Below, piece after piece: positions 13,430 to 26,070 of a stretch of DNA of 64,000 nt. Position 1 is the first letter of the stretch. Each line of letters starts with the position of its first letter. Under the pieces are notes generated by a model, which was not told where the DNA came from, made no database searches, and saw only the letters and a list, made by a program, of their open reading frames with translations. The DNA lies in the NCBI GenBank assembly GCA_011109175.1, contig RDEW01000027.1, positions 395,772 through 459,771 of the forward strand. The letters run 5' to 3'. The position numbers and the translations under genes are program-made. Source of the DNA: Dicyema japonicum. Its lineage: Eukaryota; Animalia; Dicyemida.

Positions 13430-14565
13430 AAAGAGGTGGAACTGGTTTTTGTAAGGAAACCAGGAAAACCTAGTAGCTATCGCCTTATTAGCCAATTTCC
13501 TGCGTCGCTAAAAGTTTAGAAAGAGTAATACACCAGAGGTTAGCCCAGGAATGCATAACAAAAGACATCAGACCGACAAGTAGGATTCCCTGAGGGGCGA
13601 TCATGTGGTGATTGCCTTTGTAGTTGACCTCTCAGATCCCCAATTAGAGAAAGATGAATAAGTGCACAGTTGCACTGTTTCTTGATTTGGAAAGGGAGTT
13701 CGACTCGGTCTAGCACGACAGCCTCTGATGCGCCCTTGTCGAGGCAGGAATTCTCCTGGAGGTGAGAAGTTAGATCTCCAGCTTCTTGGAAGACCGGATG
13801 AACTACGTGAGGTATAAAGGTTGGCGATCTAGTTTGTTTAGATCTAACAGGGGAGTTTCATTAGGGTCGGTGATGGTTTCATTAGCCCCGCCCTTTTTAA
13901 TATATACGTCAACGTTTCCTTACCCAGGCAATGTGAGAACGGAAATGGCTGTCTACGCCGATGACATAGTACTCTGGGGTCAATCATGAAGACCAGATGT
14001 GGCGTGTCGGAAGATGTAAGGTGCTGTTGATGAAATCATACGCTGGTTTAATAGCAGAGGATTCAGGATCAAATCTGAAAAGTGAAGGTTATTAGTTTTT
14101 GTCGCCCTAAGCGGTCTACTAAAATATAATACCTCTATGGATTCATATAGGTACTTTGGAGTGACTCTCAACTCCAAGTGTAGCTTCCAGGAGCACACTC
14201 CCGACGTTAAGAGGTGAATTTTGCAAAGATTGGGTGCGATGAGGGCTTTTCAGCTGAGCCTCGATGCCTGGGCAAAAGTGTTCAACTCCATGGTGTTGCC
14301 TACGCTCACCTACGTCGCACTCCTGGTATTACAGGGAGGAACGAGAAAAGTGCCTCAAATATCTGAGGAAGGTCCGGCGGCGCGCAATAAGGATTCTTAG
14401 GATAGAGCGCCATCACTGGATAGAGGATACAGAGATTTTAAGGGTACAGAGGAGGTAATAGAGAAGATCTCCGTAAGCGATAGGACATGGCAAGGGGAAG
14501 ATGAGAGAGGCGAAAAGGACAAAAAGTTATCTTGCCTAACTATTATTTTTTTGTTTAATAAAGAG
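13430..14565 (+). mobile_element. Degraded LINE reverse transcriptase
   Basis: Fragments KPGKPSSYRLIS, LFLDLEREFDSV, YADDIVLW and YRYFGVTL, interrupted by many stops. Confidence 0.8.
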
Positions 14566-14899
14566 TTAAATGGTCCTCCTCAAAACAGAGTAAATGCCTT
14601 TTGGTCGATTGAACAGACAATCGACTTTTCCTGTCCTTTGTTTAGGCCCTCTGCTGTGAAGTCTTTTAATGTATTCAGGTGTGAGACAGTCGATCGCCCC
14701 TCTTTGAAGCCATGTTGAACCTAGGTCTGTAGGAGCCGGGGTCCTCCGTTAGTTCCCCGGCTTCAGGATTGGATGATTAACATATAGTTTGCATATAGCG
14801 GAGATTGAGTTGAAATTGATTGAATGGTTGAGAATGGTCGTTAGTGCAAAACAACTACAGTTCCCAATTTTTTCAACAGGATCGCTGGGGTCCAGTCTG

Positions 14900-15405
14900 T
14901 CCCACATGAATGCGTGTTGTTTTAACGAGAAATCTCCGATGCTACATTTCTCGGTTGTAAATACAAGATGGATGCCCTCTTTTTGGTTCCAATTTAGTGT
15001 TCGATGGAATGTCTTGTAGGGTTTGTGACTTATTCTCACACAATGCTTCGTGAACTTGTTTAGACCCATCTGGTAATCAGGTCTTAGATTAATGTCCGAG
15101 ATACTGTTGAATTTTAACTCACATGAGAAAAAATTCCTCACTAAAGGCCTGAAAAAGTTGAATGTTATACGCGCGCTTGTCCGGAGGACTCGTTTGAATT
15201 TGGATGCTTCTGTTGAAAAACTCTACCGGCAAACTATCGCGCCGGCTGTGGAGTATGCCTCTGTTGCATGGAAATTCGCGCTATCAGAGACTACGCTCCA
15301 CAGAATCAATTCAATATACCGGAAAACTATATTTATGATGGGCCATTATTCTGGATCAATGGTTAATCCCCTACTCACGGAAGCTGCGACCCGTAGTCGC
15401 TGAAC
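14900..15405 (+). mobile_element. LINE RT C-terminal fragment
   Basis: ORF 15092-15403 contains KLYRQTIAPAVEYASVAW, a typical post-RT region. Confidence 0.7.
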
Positions 15406-15419
15406 AGATTCCTTAGAGT

Positions 15420-16583
15420 TGTAAGGAGCGAACATGTATAGTTTTGAATGGATCAGCTTTTGTTCTAAAATTAATCAAAGTCGGAAGAGCATATTCATAA
15501 TGTTCAGCACAATACTCCAAGGCGAGGACAATCTCAGCAGTTGAAAGAGATCTCCCACAACGTGTTGGTCCATTAGATGTTACTCCACCCGTTCAACATC
15601 ATAGACACTGTCTTGTCCTGGAGTCTTTGCCGACAGTCTTCATGTATTTGGTCGTACACACGATCGAGCAATGGACCACCAATTTGATGACGAGAGGGTA
15701 AACGATACCCAGGAAAAAGCACTTGGACGAATTTGACAAATTCTGGATTTTCTACGGCAGCAGAAGGAGTGTTAATGAAATATATGTATCTAGCGAGTTG
15801 CATGCAAATCAAATTTTTCTTCGATGACGTCATCATAGTAACGAAATTGATTAAAGACTGGTCCTCATCCTTGGGAGGAATTCGCTAATCAAATCACTTT
15901 CAGGTTTCGACGGATTTTCAGGGAATCAATATTAGTTCAACATAACAAATGATGCTGCTCATCCGAGATCTTGTACCTCTTTCTCGCGATTACGGCATCT
16001 GGCTCGACTCCCGGTCTTTCCAGGAATAATACGTTTATCAAAGTGAGCCCACAAGGCATCACAATTTCTTTCAGACATTAAAAAAATTTAAATGATTTTT
16101 TTGATTTTTTTAATGATTTAAATCATTGATTTTTGTTGTTGATTAAAATCAAATGATTTAAATCAACAACCCAGATACATACGCAGGACCCTCTTTGACC
16201 TACAAAGAGCCTTGTCGAAGATCACCCCCCCTCAAGAAGACTCAACTTGGACCCGCCGAATCCATGATTTTATCTCAACACGGGCCATTAGGACACTTCA
16301 ATATAACAAAGTCTTGGAGCGCTTCCCCCGGATATCAGTCCAACGGAACAATCGCTCCCGAGGAAGATCAGAATCGGACTGGCTCGCCTACGGTGTGGAC
16401 ACCACCCTTTTCTGGCTGGCAGAGTAGTTCGAGACCTTTTTCCCTGCCTGGACCACCGGATGCAAAAGTCGAGGATCTCTGGGAGCGGCCTGTCCGGACT
16501 GCACGCTCTTTGATGGTCGCCGGCTTCCCACTTGCTGGCGAAGCCGGGGTTAATAATTTAATTTAATTTAATCAACAACCCTG
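15420..16583 (-). mobile_element. hAT-like DNA transposon 5' part (BED finger plus transposase), end interrupted by a LINE fragment
   Basis: ATG ~16078 gives LWAHFDKR..RARC (BED finger); VENPEFVKFVQVLFPGYRLPSRHQIGGPLLD..GWSNI (15573-15836); terminus CAGGGTTGTTGATT with repeated gatttaaatca. Confidence 0.8.
16173..16569 (+). mobile_element. LINE 3' fragment with 12-bp TSD
   Basis: Flanked by aatcaacaaccc (16161-16172 and 16570-16581); EDLWERP C-terminal motif also seen at ~44100; AT-rich repeat tail. Confidence 0.75.
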
Positions 16584-16799
16584 ATTGGTAGGAAGTTCCC
16601 TTCCCCATCGGATTCCTCTGCAGGGATAAGACAAGGTTCTTTCGCACAGTATTGGAACAATGGGAAACCGCAGACGTCGGATGGCTCATTTGTTTGCGTA
16701 AACTGGGATTACCTAACTGTCTGACGTTTTTTCTGTCTTTCTTTCTCGGTGATCCCGGCGTTCTAAATAAATAAATCCATCAAGGTCTCCCTCATTAAT

Positions 16800-17500
16800 A
16801 CTGCCATTGTTATCAATTTTCTGTAACATCTTTTAAATCTTGGAAAGTAAACCATTGTTGTTCATGGCAGTGGCCTAGTTTCCTTCTTTTTAAACGTTTT
16901 GTACTTTCAGAGATCTCCTTGTTCAATGCTTGGATCTTGTTAATAGCGTTTCTCGTACGTTTAAGGCAATTCCTTTCCTTTATTTGCTTGAAAGTTTTAA
17001 ACATCGTAATTCCTCTTCAAGAGTCTTAGGATTCCTTTATCGACAAATAAATTCTCCCTCGAAAACCACTCTATTTAAGTGATAACCCTATCTAGGGAGT
17101 TGAAAGTATAAGGGTGGAAGTTAAATAAGGACAAATCAACATATTTTTAAATCCTGTCCAGTTATCATTAATATAGTCATAAATTATGACATATGTTTTG
17201 CCCGAGTCGATGGAGAGGAATTGATCTTAATCACAAGGGGGTTATGGTCGCTGCGTAAGTCATAATTTACCGAACAGCAAATAAGAGGTGCAAGCCATGG
17301 TGAACAAATAGTAATATCCGGCGATCTTACAGAACCTTTATCATTGAAGAGAAATAGTTTATTACTCTTAGGGTCGTTCACAACAGACAAATTTGAGAAA
17401 TAATTAGATTCCCCTTGTGTCTGGAAATTGTTTCCCATACCACGAAGGGTGTTGGACACAACAAGTTTTCCACATTATCGAGGCCAGACAAATCTACGGA
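16800..17500 (-). mobile_element. Degraded LINE APE endonuclease fragment
   Basis: RSPDITIC...DLRSDHNPLVI in ORF 17184-17459. Confidence 0.7.
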
Positions 17501-17580
17501 AAATCCTTTGGCAAAGGAGACTGAGGGGAAAAAAGTTAAATTAATGTTTTATATACAATAAAAAGACAAAAACTGTATTA

Positions 17581-18817
17581 CTACAAATAATAAAATTGAT
17601 TAATTAAACTTTGTTGATCACTTAACTTCTGTTTCAACTCATCTTCCCTTATCTCAAATATAAATCACATCTACCTTAGAGTGGCATTCATTAATGGCAC
17701 TAATGAACGAGTTATGACGCTCACATATTAAATTCAGACATTTCAGATATTTATATCTGTGTAGAAAGCCATCAAGGATATTCGAGGACTCATCAAACCG
17801 GTCTTCCACCAATTTCTGCAAATAAAAATCACTTATACATCAATCACTCCAAAATTTTGGATATCTAGAAGAGAGAAATCTTTGTTATAGACCAGTTCCA
17901 ATTCGAGAGTATCATCAAGACTTATGTCGTTAAAAGAGATCACAAATTCCACGATCTGACTTGTTTAAAAAATTCAACAGCGTCATAAATGATCTTATTC
18001 TTATCAATCAACTCGTTTAGTTCGCTAATTTGCTGACTCGACTCAACCAGGGAGTTCGAAATGGACTCCCCCATACTTAATTCCGACTCTTCGCTCAAAC
18101 AAGCAAAAAAGTCCTTGGCATATTCAACTTCAGCATCTAGAAAATTATAGAAAAATTTTAACTTTTCTGGATTATTTTATCATTCAAATGAGAGATCATT
18201 CTCTCATATTGTTGACGATTATTCTTTCTGTAGATCCTCGAGGAAATCCTGTTGTTCTCTTCTTCCAGTTGGGCTACTTTCTCCTCATTATGACTGTAAT
18301 AGTATATTTCTTTGTCCAATTTGCTTAAATCTGAGTCCAATTCTCTAAGGTCCTTAATACACTGTCCCAATAAAGGGTACATTTGTTCTTCTAATTCTTT
18401 TTCTAAGCAATCGGGAATATCCTTAATTGAAGATGTCAGTTTACTTGGATTCTCGGTGTATCTTCTAAGTTTATTAAGGTGACAAGCCAATGGAGAACAT
18501 TTGTTATGTTAGCACGGTTTTCAAGGCGGTCAGGATTAAGAAAGTTGTTGATTGTAAGACGATATGGGGAACCAAGTAGGTTAAAAAAGGAAATAATCTG
18601 TCTTTCTTTCATTTTAATCAAAAATTTGGAGTTTTCTAAAATCCTGAATATAAACTTAATATAATAGGTAAAAATGTACGTTAAAAATGTCTCGGAGGCC
18701 TGCAGTTGTTGTGGCACTCAGGATTCGCTCAGAATAGTTGGGAAACGAATTTTTTTTTAGAAACTATGATTTTTTAAAACACAACACCTGTTTAATTTCT
18801 TGTTTTAAGTTTGACAT
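17581..18817 (-). CDS. NDC80: NDC80/HEC1-like kinetochore protein, 8 exons, about 356 aa, intact
   Basis: Spliced MSNLKQEIKQFLKKNSFPNYSERILSATTTAGLRDIFNFIFRIL...IISFFNLLGSPYRLT...VLHWLVTL aligns with the HEC1 CH domain, followed by coiled coil. Introns 18764-18787, 18655-18679, 18422-18444, 18137-18162, 17956-17978, 17816-17838, 17653-17674 all keep frame. Confidence 0.8.
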
Positions 18818-18949
18818 TACAGCACAACGACAACACAAAAGAACAAACTTATAAAATTTTATTTTAAATAAATTAAAAAAATTAATTTCAAATTATAGAC
18901 TCAACTGAATAAGGATTCTATTCTTGTTGGAATAACTCTTTAGCTAGGT

Positions 18950-19200
18950 CTCGATGATGTTTGGAATGCCGATGCGATCAAGTGGCTGACAGGAAATGAC
19001 TATATCCGCTGTCATGAAGATGAATTCCCTCACCACTTCATGCTAAGCCTGACTGTCATGAGGGCTATCGAAGACGCCGGGTATATTTTTCTTCTGGAAC
19101 CTATCGGATTTGACAAAGATGACGGTAAGCGGCCGGATGGCGAAACAACCATGAGATGAAGTCAAAGGAGGTGTCTTGCTTGCGATTCAACGTAGTATCA
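18950..19200 (+). mobile_element. CRE-like retrotransposon RLE fragment
   Basis: RAIEDAGYIFLLEPIGFDKDDGKRPDG. Confidence 0.65.
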
Positions 19201-19689
19201 TACAGATCCTGGTAACCCTTTGGATTATTACCCAATCCGAAGCACTAGGTCGTCCGCTTGTGGGCCAGGATTCCTGACATTTCAGGAATCCGTTAATTTT
19301 TTCTTGTCTGATCCTAGGGTTGGTTAGAAGTATGCCCAGGGACTGACGATGAAGCGCCCAAATTTGTTGGATAGTACGTATCAACACATGTAGCATCCCA
19401 AACCAGGTTACAGATATTATCGAACGGGAATGTAGTCATCCCTTCGGGCGTTTGCCAGATTAGAAACGCTCGGTAAATAAATTAAGTTTTTTACTGCAAA
19501 TCTTAACTACTCTGAAAACTACTTAAAACACACAGGGTTATGATTATTTTGTTTATTAACGTCTGGTGGCATCTCCTATAAGACAGTTTCATTTAGTTAA
19601 TTGAGATGACAATCAAATTAAGTTCCTCTTGAGTAGTAAGATTTTACTTAACCAACAAAGTACAAGCTATGAGTGAAAACGACTGTTAC

Positions 19690-20885
19690 TCGGAGAGACT
19701 CTGGGCCGCTTGTGTATATTTGACATGCATACATCATTATTCCTTCTGAAAAACAGTCTCAACGTACAGAGGCTTGCATATGCCCTAAGGACTGCTCCCT
19801 ATTTCCCCTAATGTGACCAACTTGCGCAGATTAACAGGATCTTCCGTACGACAGCGGAGCATATCTTCAACGTCCGGTTCGAGGATTACTCATTGAAGCA
19901 AGCACGCTGCCAGTGAGACTCGGAGGGCTTGGAATTCGCAACCCAGTAGACCTTTCTCTCCCTGCATATCTATCGTCGCTAATGGCCTGTCACCCTTGTC
20001 AAGAGATTCTACACTCTCCCTACTTGAATTCTCTATTGACAAGGACACCAGCCATGCTCGTGAGGCCTGGAGCCGTGCTTATCAGCTTTATCTGCCTTCC
20101 TCGTTCTATCAGCGGGGCCTGGACGATGCTATATGCTGGATTTTTTCGAGAATTTGCTAGTGTCATCTAGCCAACATCGCCGTGCCTGTTTGTTGTCAAA
20201 GGCGTCTTCCGAGATCGATGCCTGACTAAACGCAATGGAGTTATGGATACTTCCTGGATGATGAATGCGTCCGTATTGGGATCTTATGCGACTGGGATTA
20301 TAAGTCTGTGTTTCACAACCGTGCCGACACGGAGACCAGATCGACTGTTTTGGCCTACACCCTCTCTCCTGCAGGAAGAGTTCAGGCAGATTTCCAGACA
20401 CATGGCGTGAACGAGCTCGTTAAGAGAGCTTTTGACGCCGCCGGACACCCCTCCATGCTCGAACCAGTCGGTCTTTGCAGGCGGGGTGGGAAACGACCAG
20501 ATGGGATGACAATCCTCCCTTTTGAAGCCGGGAAACCTCTTGTCTGGGACGTCATTTACACCGACACGTTTGCCTCTTGCAGTCTACTTCAGAATGCCTC
20601 TGGAGCCTGTTCTGCCGCTGAGAAGCCGAGAAGTTGAAACGGGAAAAGTACACGGTCCTACCCAAGGATTTTTTTTGTTCCACTCGCCGTTGAGACGTCT
20701 GGTTCCCTTGCGCCTGCGACGCTGGAATTCTTGAGTCGTCTAGGAATTGGATCGCTACACGATCAGGAGATCCTCATGAGCGCTGCTAATTATTTGAGCG
20801 AATTTCGCTCGCCATCCTGAGAGGGAATAGCCACGCAGTCAGGGCAGCCACCATATGATCATTTACTCTCCTTTCTTTTATTTAC
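19690..20885 (+). mobile_element. CRE-like non-LTR retrotransposon 3' part
   Basis: RLGGLGIRNP and LEPVGLCRRGGKRPDGMTILPFEAGKPLVWDV (restriction-like endonuclease); close copy of 39040-40000. Confidence 0.85.
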
Positions 20886-21834
20886 TAAATAAATTATTCG
20901 AATTTGAAAAAAAACAAAGTACATTTCTGGCAGATCCAAAATACAATTAATCTTTGAAACTAGAGAAATTTAATCATAGATCGCACGTGTTTAATAAGAC
21001 TAAACAATGGACTGTTGTGTAAACATAGGCCTCTGTACTTAACTTAGCTTTATCTAGCGGTGCTCTCTTTCCTTACAGTTAACGCTCATACTAATTGTGA
21101 CACGTGGTTAATATCTTCAATCTACTGCTTAAATGGACTCTTTCAAGACCAGGTAGTGGTTATGATTCCATCCATACCTATAATTCCTCCGACCAGTTTG
21201 CATAAGATTCTCTTTTATACTCAGTCCCTTCCTTCCTTATTGTAGTTGTCTCAGGTGTCCGTGGTAGGATGACATCAAAAAAATCATTAGCTCTCCCTCA
21301 CTTAGCTAGATCGTTACCCGAAAGGATTGGATGAATTTTACCTTCTCCGACCGCGGAAACTGGATGTGTTTGATTACTAGTTTAAGTTCACAATTAAAAA
21401 AATCTTTGTTGATTCAGAATTACATGTGACTCTAACTATTCTTAATCCTTCTATACTGTCCTCAATTATAGCATGAGGTTGGTGATGGAGAAGCCATAGA
21501 CAAGTGGCGTCCCAGCCAGGTATTTCCTACCTTTACATGGAAAAAGAATTGTCAGACCTTTTGTTTGCGCATTCAAGTTAAAAGGGTTTCAGTTACACGG
21601 GACATCAAGAGCCCTCCTGCGATAAGCCCATGTATCAGCATGTGCCTCATACTTTTTTCAAATCTGTTTCAAGGAGAGAGCGTGAAGTCTTTAAAAGTTA
21701 ACCGTCTTTTCGATTCTGCATCGGTGGTTCTTGCAAAAATTAAGTCCAACCCGGAGGCAGATTCATATTTGTGTTGATCTGTCTAAAAGTGTCATTAGTG
21801 ATTTTATTGACAAGAGTTAAGGAGATTTCTGAAA

Positions 21835-23580
21835 GGTATTACATCTGAGTCCTACCATAAGGCTTGGACTCCACACCTGGACCCTTCCTTTTTTTATTAT
21901 TAATCTTTTTCAGGACGTTTCTCCCAGCTTTATATACGTGTCCTGGACCTTTGATCTCCTCCTGAAACCATTGATCCGATCCTCCACAATCTTGCTAATC
22001 GGTTCCAAGAGCTTGTTTTCGTCCTCGTTTAGACAGTCTTTCAGTTTCTTGTTAAAGGAGAGCTTAATTGCAGCTCTTCTAGTCTTCTCTAGGAGGGATA
22101 AGATCTTGTCCCTCTTCGGAGAGAAGAACCACCCCTCGCACCCATAAAGTAGGCTAGGGAGAATAACTCCCTTGAAGATAAACAGGTAAGTGTCACAGCT
22201 AACGTGTAACTTCCGTGTACATAGGAGCGACTGAAAGGCTCTCTTTCTCCTCCCTTTTATGTCGTCCATGTAATCTCCTGCGTGTCCATAGTCGACCCCC
22301 AGGTAGTGCAGACTGTGTGAATTGTTTACTCCCAGTGTGTATTCTTGTTTCAGGTGCTTTTTCAAACTGCTTATTCGGAGTGCGCAAGATTTTTCAGCAG
22401 AGAGCTTTAGCCCTCTCAAGTTGCACCAATGCTCAATCTGGTCGACATACTCCCGGATTCTTCCTTCAGATATAGAAGATTTTAGAGATGTGTCCACCAC
22501 GATTACGTCATCCGCATAAATAAGAAGACTAGTATTAATATTCCTCGGACGTGGAAAACTCGCCATAAATATATTAAACAAAATAGGGCTCAATACTGAA
22601 CCTTGAGGTACTCCTCTTTTGAATGATATTGCATCAGATATATATCCACACACCTTCACAAAAGATTGTCTTTCCTGAAGATAATTTCTTAGCCAAACAA
22701 ATAGGTATCTTGGAACACATGCTGATACAAGCTGCTTTAACAACGCTTCATGGCATACACTGTCGAATGCTTTCGAGATATCAAGACATAATAAGTTTAT
22801 TTGTCTTCTGGAATCCTTTGCTTTCATGATTTCAGAATTCAGTAGAAAGAAACAGTCTGCACAGCCTCTTCCGGGACGAAAACCCCACTGCTCCGGAATC
22901 AGAAAGTCATTCTCTTCTATATGTCTGCTTAGCCTTTTGAAAATGATACGTTCAATCACTTTCGCGAAAGAACATATTAAGCTAATTGGTCTGTAGCTTG
23001 CCGGATCTCTCTTTGGCTTCCCTGGTTTTGGAATCATCCTCACAACAGCTTTCTTCCATATTAAAGGGAGGTGGCCAAGTCGTAAACACCCATCATAAAG
23101 ACATTGCAGATAGTCAAATAAAATATCCGGACCCTCTTTGATAAGTTTCATTGATATGTGGTCATATCCTGGAGCATTGACCTTGCATTTCCTGATAGCC
23201 GTCATCACTTGTAAGACGCTGACAGTGCTATCAGCAATAGGCAGTTCCTTTTCGGAGTGTTTAAATATATCGGCAGACACCTTCTTTTTGTCATCAGGGA
23301 TCAAACTCCACGGATCCACACCCTGAATTTTTTGGAGCTGATCCCTTGAATATCGAAGGTGTTTCCTTCGTTATGCATACTCCCCCGTCTGGTTTATCCA
23401 GTATAATTTTTCTGCACCCGACTTCGGACACATTATCTTCTGATAGCATTTCCAAAAAGAGGGATTCTTCATATCAATTTTTGCAGCCTCAGCCCTCCAT
23501 ATACGGTCAGTCTCCTTCCTTCCATATATTGCTGATTGCTTCCTTCATCATCCTGATTCTGGCTGATATGAATTCCCCGT
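21835..23580 (-). mobile_element. LINE family A, 5'-truncated, with an open 469-aa RT ORF (21910-23319)
   Basis: Uninterrupted RT motifs APGYD, YRPISL, QWGFRPG, LDISKAFDSV, GVPQGSVLSP, YADD and HYLG; 3' stem-loop 21847-21871. Confidence 0.95.
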
Positions 23581-23624
23581 CTATTTTTTTTATTTTTTAA
23601 TTTTTTTTACATATATTTTAAATT

Positions 23625-24330
23625 TATTATTAGGAAACATGAGTAGTTAATTACTGAGTCCAGCGGATATGATCGAGTGGCTGTTACCTCTGACTACTGC
23701 CAGGGATATCCTTTGGAAAAGCCACTCGGTTTCCGACGCTCCCTCGAGGCTTTGGTCAATAGACACCAAGTGCTCTAAGAAAGAGACCGTCTTGAGGCCA
23801 AAGACTCCGCTCGTCTCGACGACCACTGGCTGTACATGGAAACGGTTTAGGAGGCTGCTGTATTTCCGTCTATTTTGTCAGCACAACGTCTTTGCTTTGC
23901 CCTTAGGCGATTCCTCTCCCGAATAAGCCTCATAATAATTGGCGACACAAAATAATGATTTTTTATAGAAAACCCTTCGTGAATACAGATGAAGATATGA
24001 CTGCATAGATTTGTTAATTCTCTACTTGCAGCATTGATACCTTCTATGGTTGAAAACTCTCTCGGTAGAACACACAAATTATTGGATATGAAGACCCTAT
24101 AGTGGGCCCAATCCAAGTTATATATGTTGAACCTCAAGAAGACATCTTCCATAACATCTGGTCTCAAAGTGATAACTAATTCTTGTGGAATATGGTCACT
24201 CCCGATATCCCATAGAGTTTTTGGCTTTCCCACAGTATGGCGACAATTTCTGCGACCTTATATTATAGGGTTTCAATAGCGTAACCTTCAAATCATTAAC
24301 ATTGGGATAAGGGTAAATATATTTTTAAGA
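23625..24330 (-). mobile_element. LINE fragment (APE C-terminus and linker)
   Basis: DIGSDHIP motif followed by the IMRLIRERNRLR linker. Confidence 0.7.
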
Positions 24331-24494
24331 GCAAATAGCAAACCTCTATGTTCCACTCCTTACTCACTATTTCTCAACCCAATTGAGAATTTTAGCAAAT
24401 TATTGACGGAGAGTGACGTTAATGGTTAGGAAACCCTAATATAAAAATCCTGAATAGGGACAAAAAATTCGCTCCTCGTTGAGAAACACTGTTT

Positions 24495-24950
24495 TATTAT
24501 TACCTCCAGGATCAATGGGTCAAAGAGAAAGAAATAAAAGTTCTTCTCAACTAACTAAGTGATCCTAGACCGACAAGGGAGAGGACGAATCAGGCAGGGT
24601 CGAGAATCATGTAATGCTCTTCTCATCGGTCATGGCATCGGCTCAAACTTTTTACATGTTTGTAAATATTTCGATAGTATATGAAACAGGGGGCAGCTCG
24701 GTAGACTGGCCCTCTTTAAGAATTTTCATTGTAATTCAATTAGAAGATTTTCAATAGGTTAGACCTTGTGTTCTGGTCGAATCAACTTTACAGCAGTATC
24801 CTGGATTGCGAATAGTTTCAATGACAAAGGGCGTAAAATGTTAATAGCCCACGAAGAACTTTCATACGTCATCGTGGGTTGGATAATTTTTCATAAACTC
24901 CAGTTTGTTCTTAAATGTTTTGTTTATAGGAACGTGTTAGTTAGTTAAGT
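24495..24950 (-). mobile_element. Degraded LINE 3' end, family B tail
   Basis: IIQPTMTYESSSW post-RT remnant; ggatcacttagttag tail at 24550-24566. Confidence 0.55.
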
Positions 24951-25311
24951 AACCCCGGCCTCATTAACTTGAAGAAGGCCAGCAGCTATTAAATAGGACG
25001 CAGCAAATGCCGGTCGCTGCCATAGATCGGTCAGTCCTGGCATTGTAGACGAACATTGTGCTAATTCATGACATTGAAATAGGTGATTTTATTTCAACAT
25101 ATAAAGGTTGCAAAAGTGTCAGAGGACATAGTACGTCGGTAGAAAGAAGTGGTGCCCACATCGTGTACGAGCCAGATTTACCCGGACGTCAGAGGAAGAG
25201 TTGAAGTATCATACAGCTTATTGTGCAGTGCTATTTTGTAATTTAATATAAAAAATAAGATTCAATTATTAATAATAAAAATAAATATTAATTCAAATTC
25301 TACATCGTTGT

Positions 25312-25652
25312 ATGGACAGTTCTGATAGTTCACGTATAACAGGGAAAGATCCGATGACACTGTTTTTTAAGGATATGGAGGACATTCACTCACAAATTGA
25401 GGACAAAGATTCATATGCTGAAATGATGGTTACACTTTGGGACAAACTACCCGAGTCTGCAAAACAAGAATATAAAAGAAGATCTGAACTGCTGCTCCAG
25501 GAACCCTGTCTCAAGTGTGGAAACCCTGTGGGTGAGAGTAAATCTTCATTCTGTGGGAATGCTTGCTGTGTTGAATATGCCAAGTTCTTAGTTGTGTGCT
25601 ATTTAGACAAGTATTTGAGGAATGGTTGCCGTTGCTTAAGCTGAGGGAATGA
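25312..25652 (+). CDS. TOX4: Minimal TOX/TOX4-family HMG-box protein, 105 aa, one 23-nt intron (25584-25606)
   Basis: HMG box LFFKD...LWDKLPESAKQEYKRRSE resembles TOX LFFRD...MWDSLGEEQKQVYKRKTE. Spliced C-terminus CLKCGNP..FCGNACCVEYAKQVFEEW resembles TOX4 GCENP..YCSNECVVKHCRDVFLAW. Confidence 0.78.
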
Positions 25653-25769
25653 CTTTTTTCGATTTTATCGTGATTTTAGGCTGAAATGCACAAATTATTA
25701 TTTGGTTTTTGTTTAAGTAATCTTAGTATGTTGACTCAGGTTTTCTATTTATAAATCATTAAAAACTAT

Positions 25770-26070
25770 CTAGTAGTGTTGGGACCTATTTTTTAATGTT
25801 CCCGGATATACTTGGAATAGGTTTTATATAGTTCCTCCGGTTGGAGTGGGATGTATCCTTCCCCAACAGCACGTCCCTTCCAAGTATCTGACCTTTCCGA
25901 GAGGGGTCTTTTTGGATGGCAGCTAGGAATTGAGCGTCTTCTGAGTTATGTGGATCTAGGAATTGAAGAAAGTAAAGAGCAGAGAGGAATCCTTCAACCT
26001 AGTAGGCAGCGGTAGGGTATCGAACTCACAGCTAAATTCGAAACGGGCGACAACACGGTGTTACCTGGTT
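25770..26070 (-). mobile_element. tRNA-derived SINE with LINE-A-like tail
   Basis: B box gagttcgatacc, core gctgcctactaggttgaaggattc..ttcttcaattccta; tail ccaaccggaggaact..acctattcca resembles the LINE A 3' UTR. Confidence 0.65.

Noticed and set aside
1875-19350. Hammerhead cores (ctgatga at ~1875 and ~5585, ctgacga at ~19343)
   Set aside because: No correctly placed stem II plus GAAA.
21910-23319. Retron, DGR or group II intron reverse transcriptase system
   Set aside because: Motifs and sister copies with gag-like ORF1 and APE identify a non-LTR retrotransposon.
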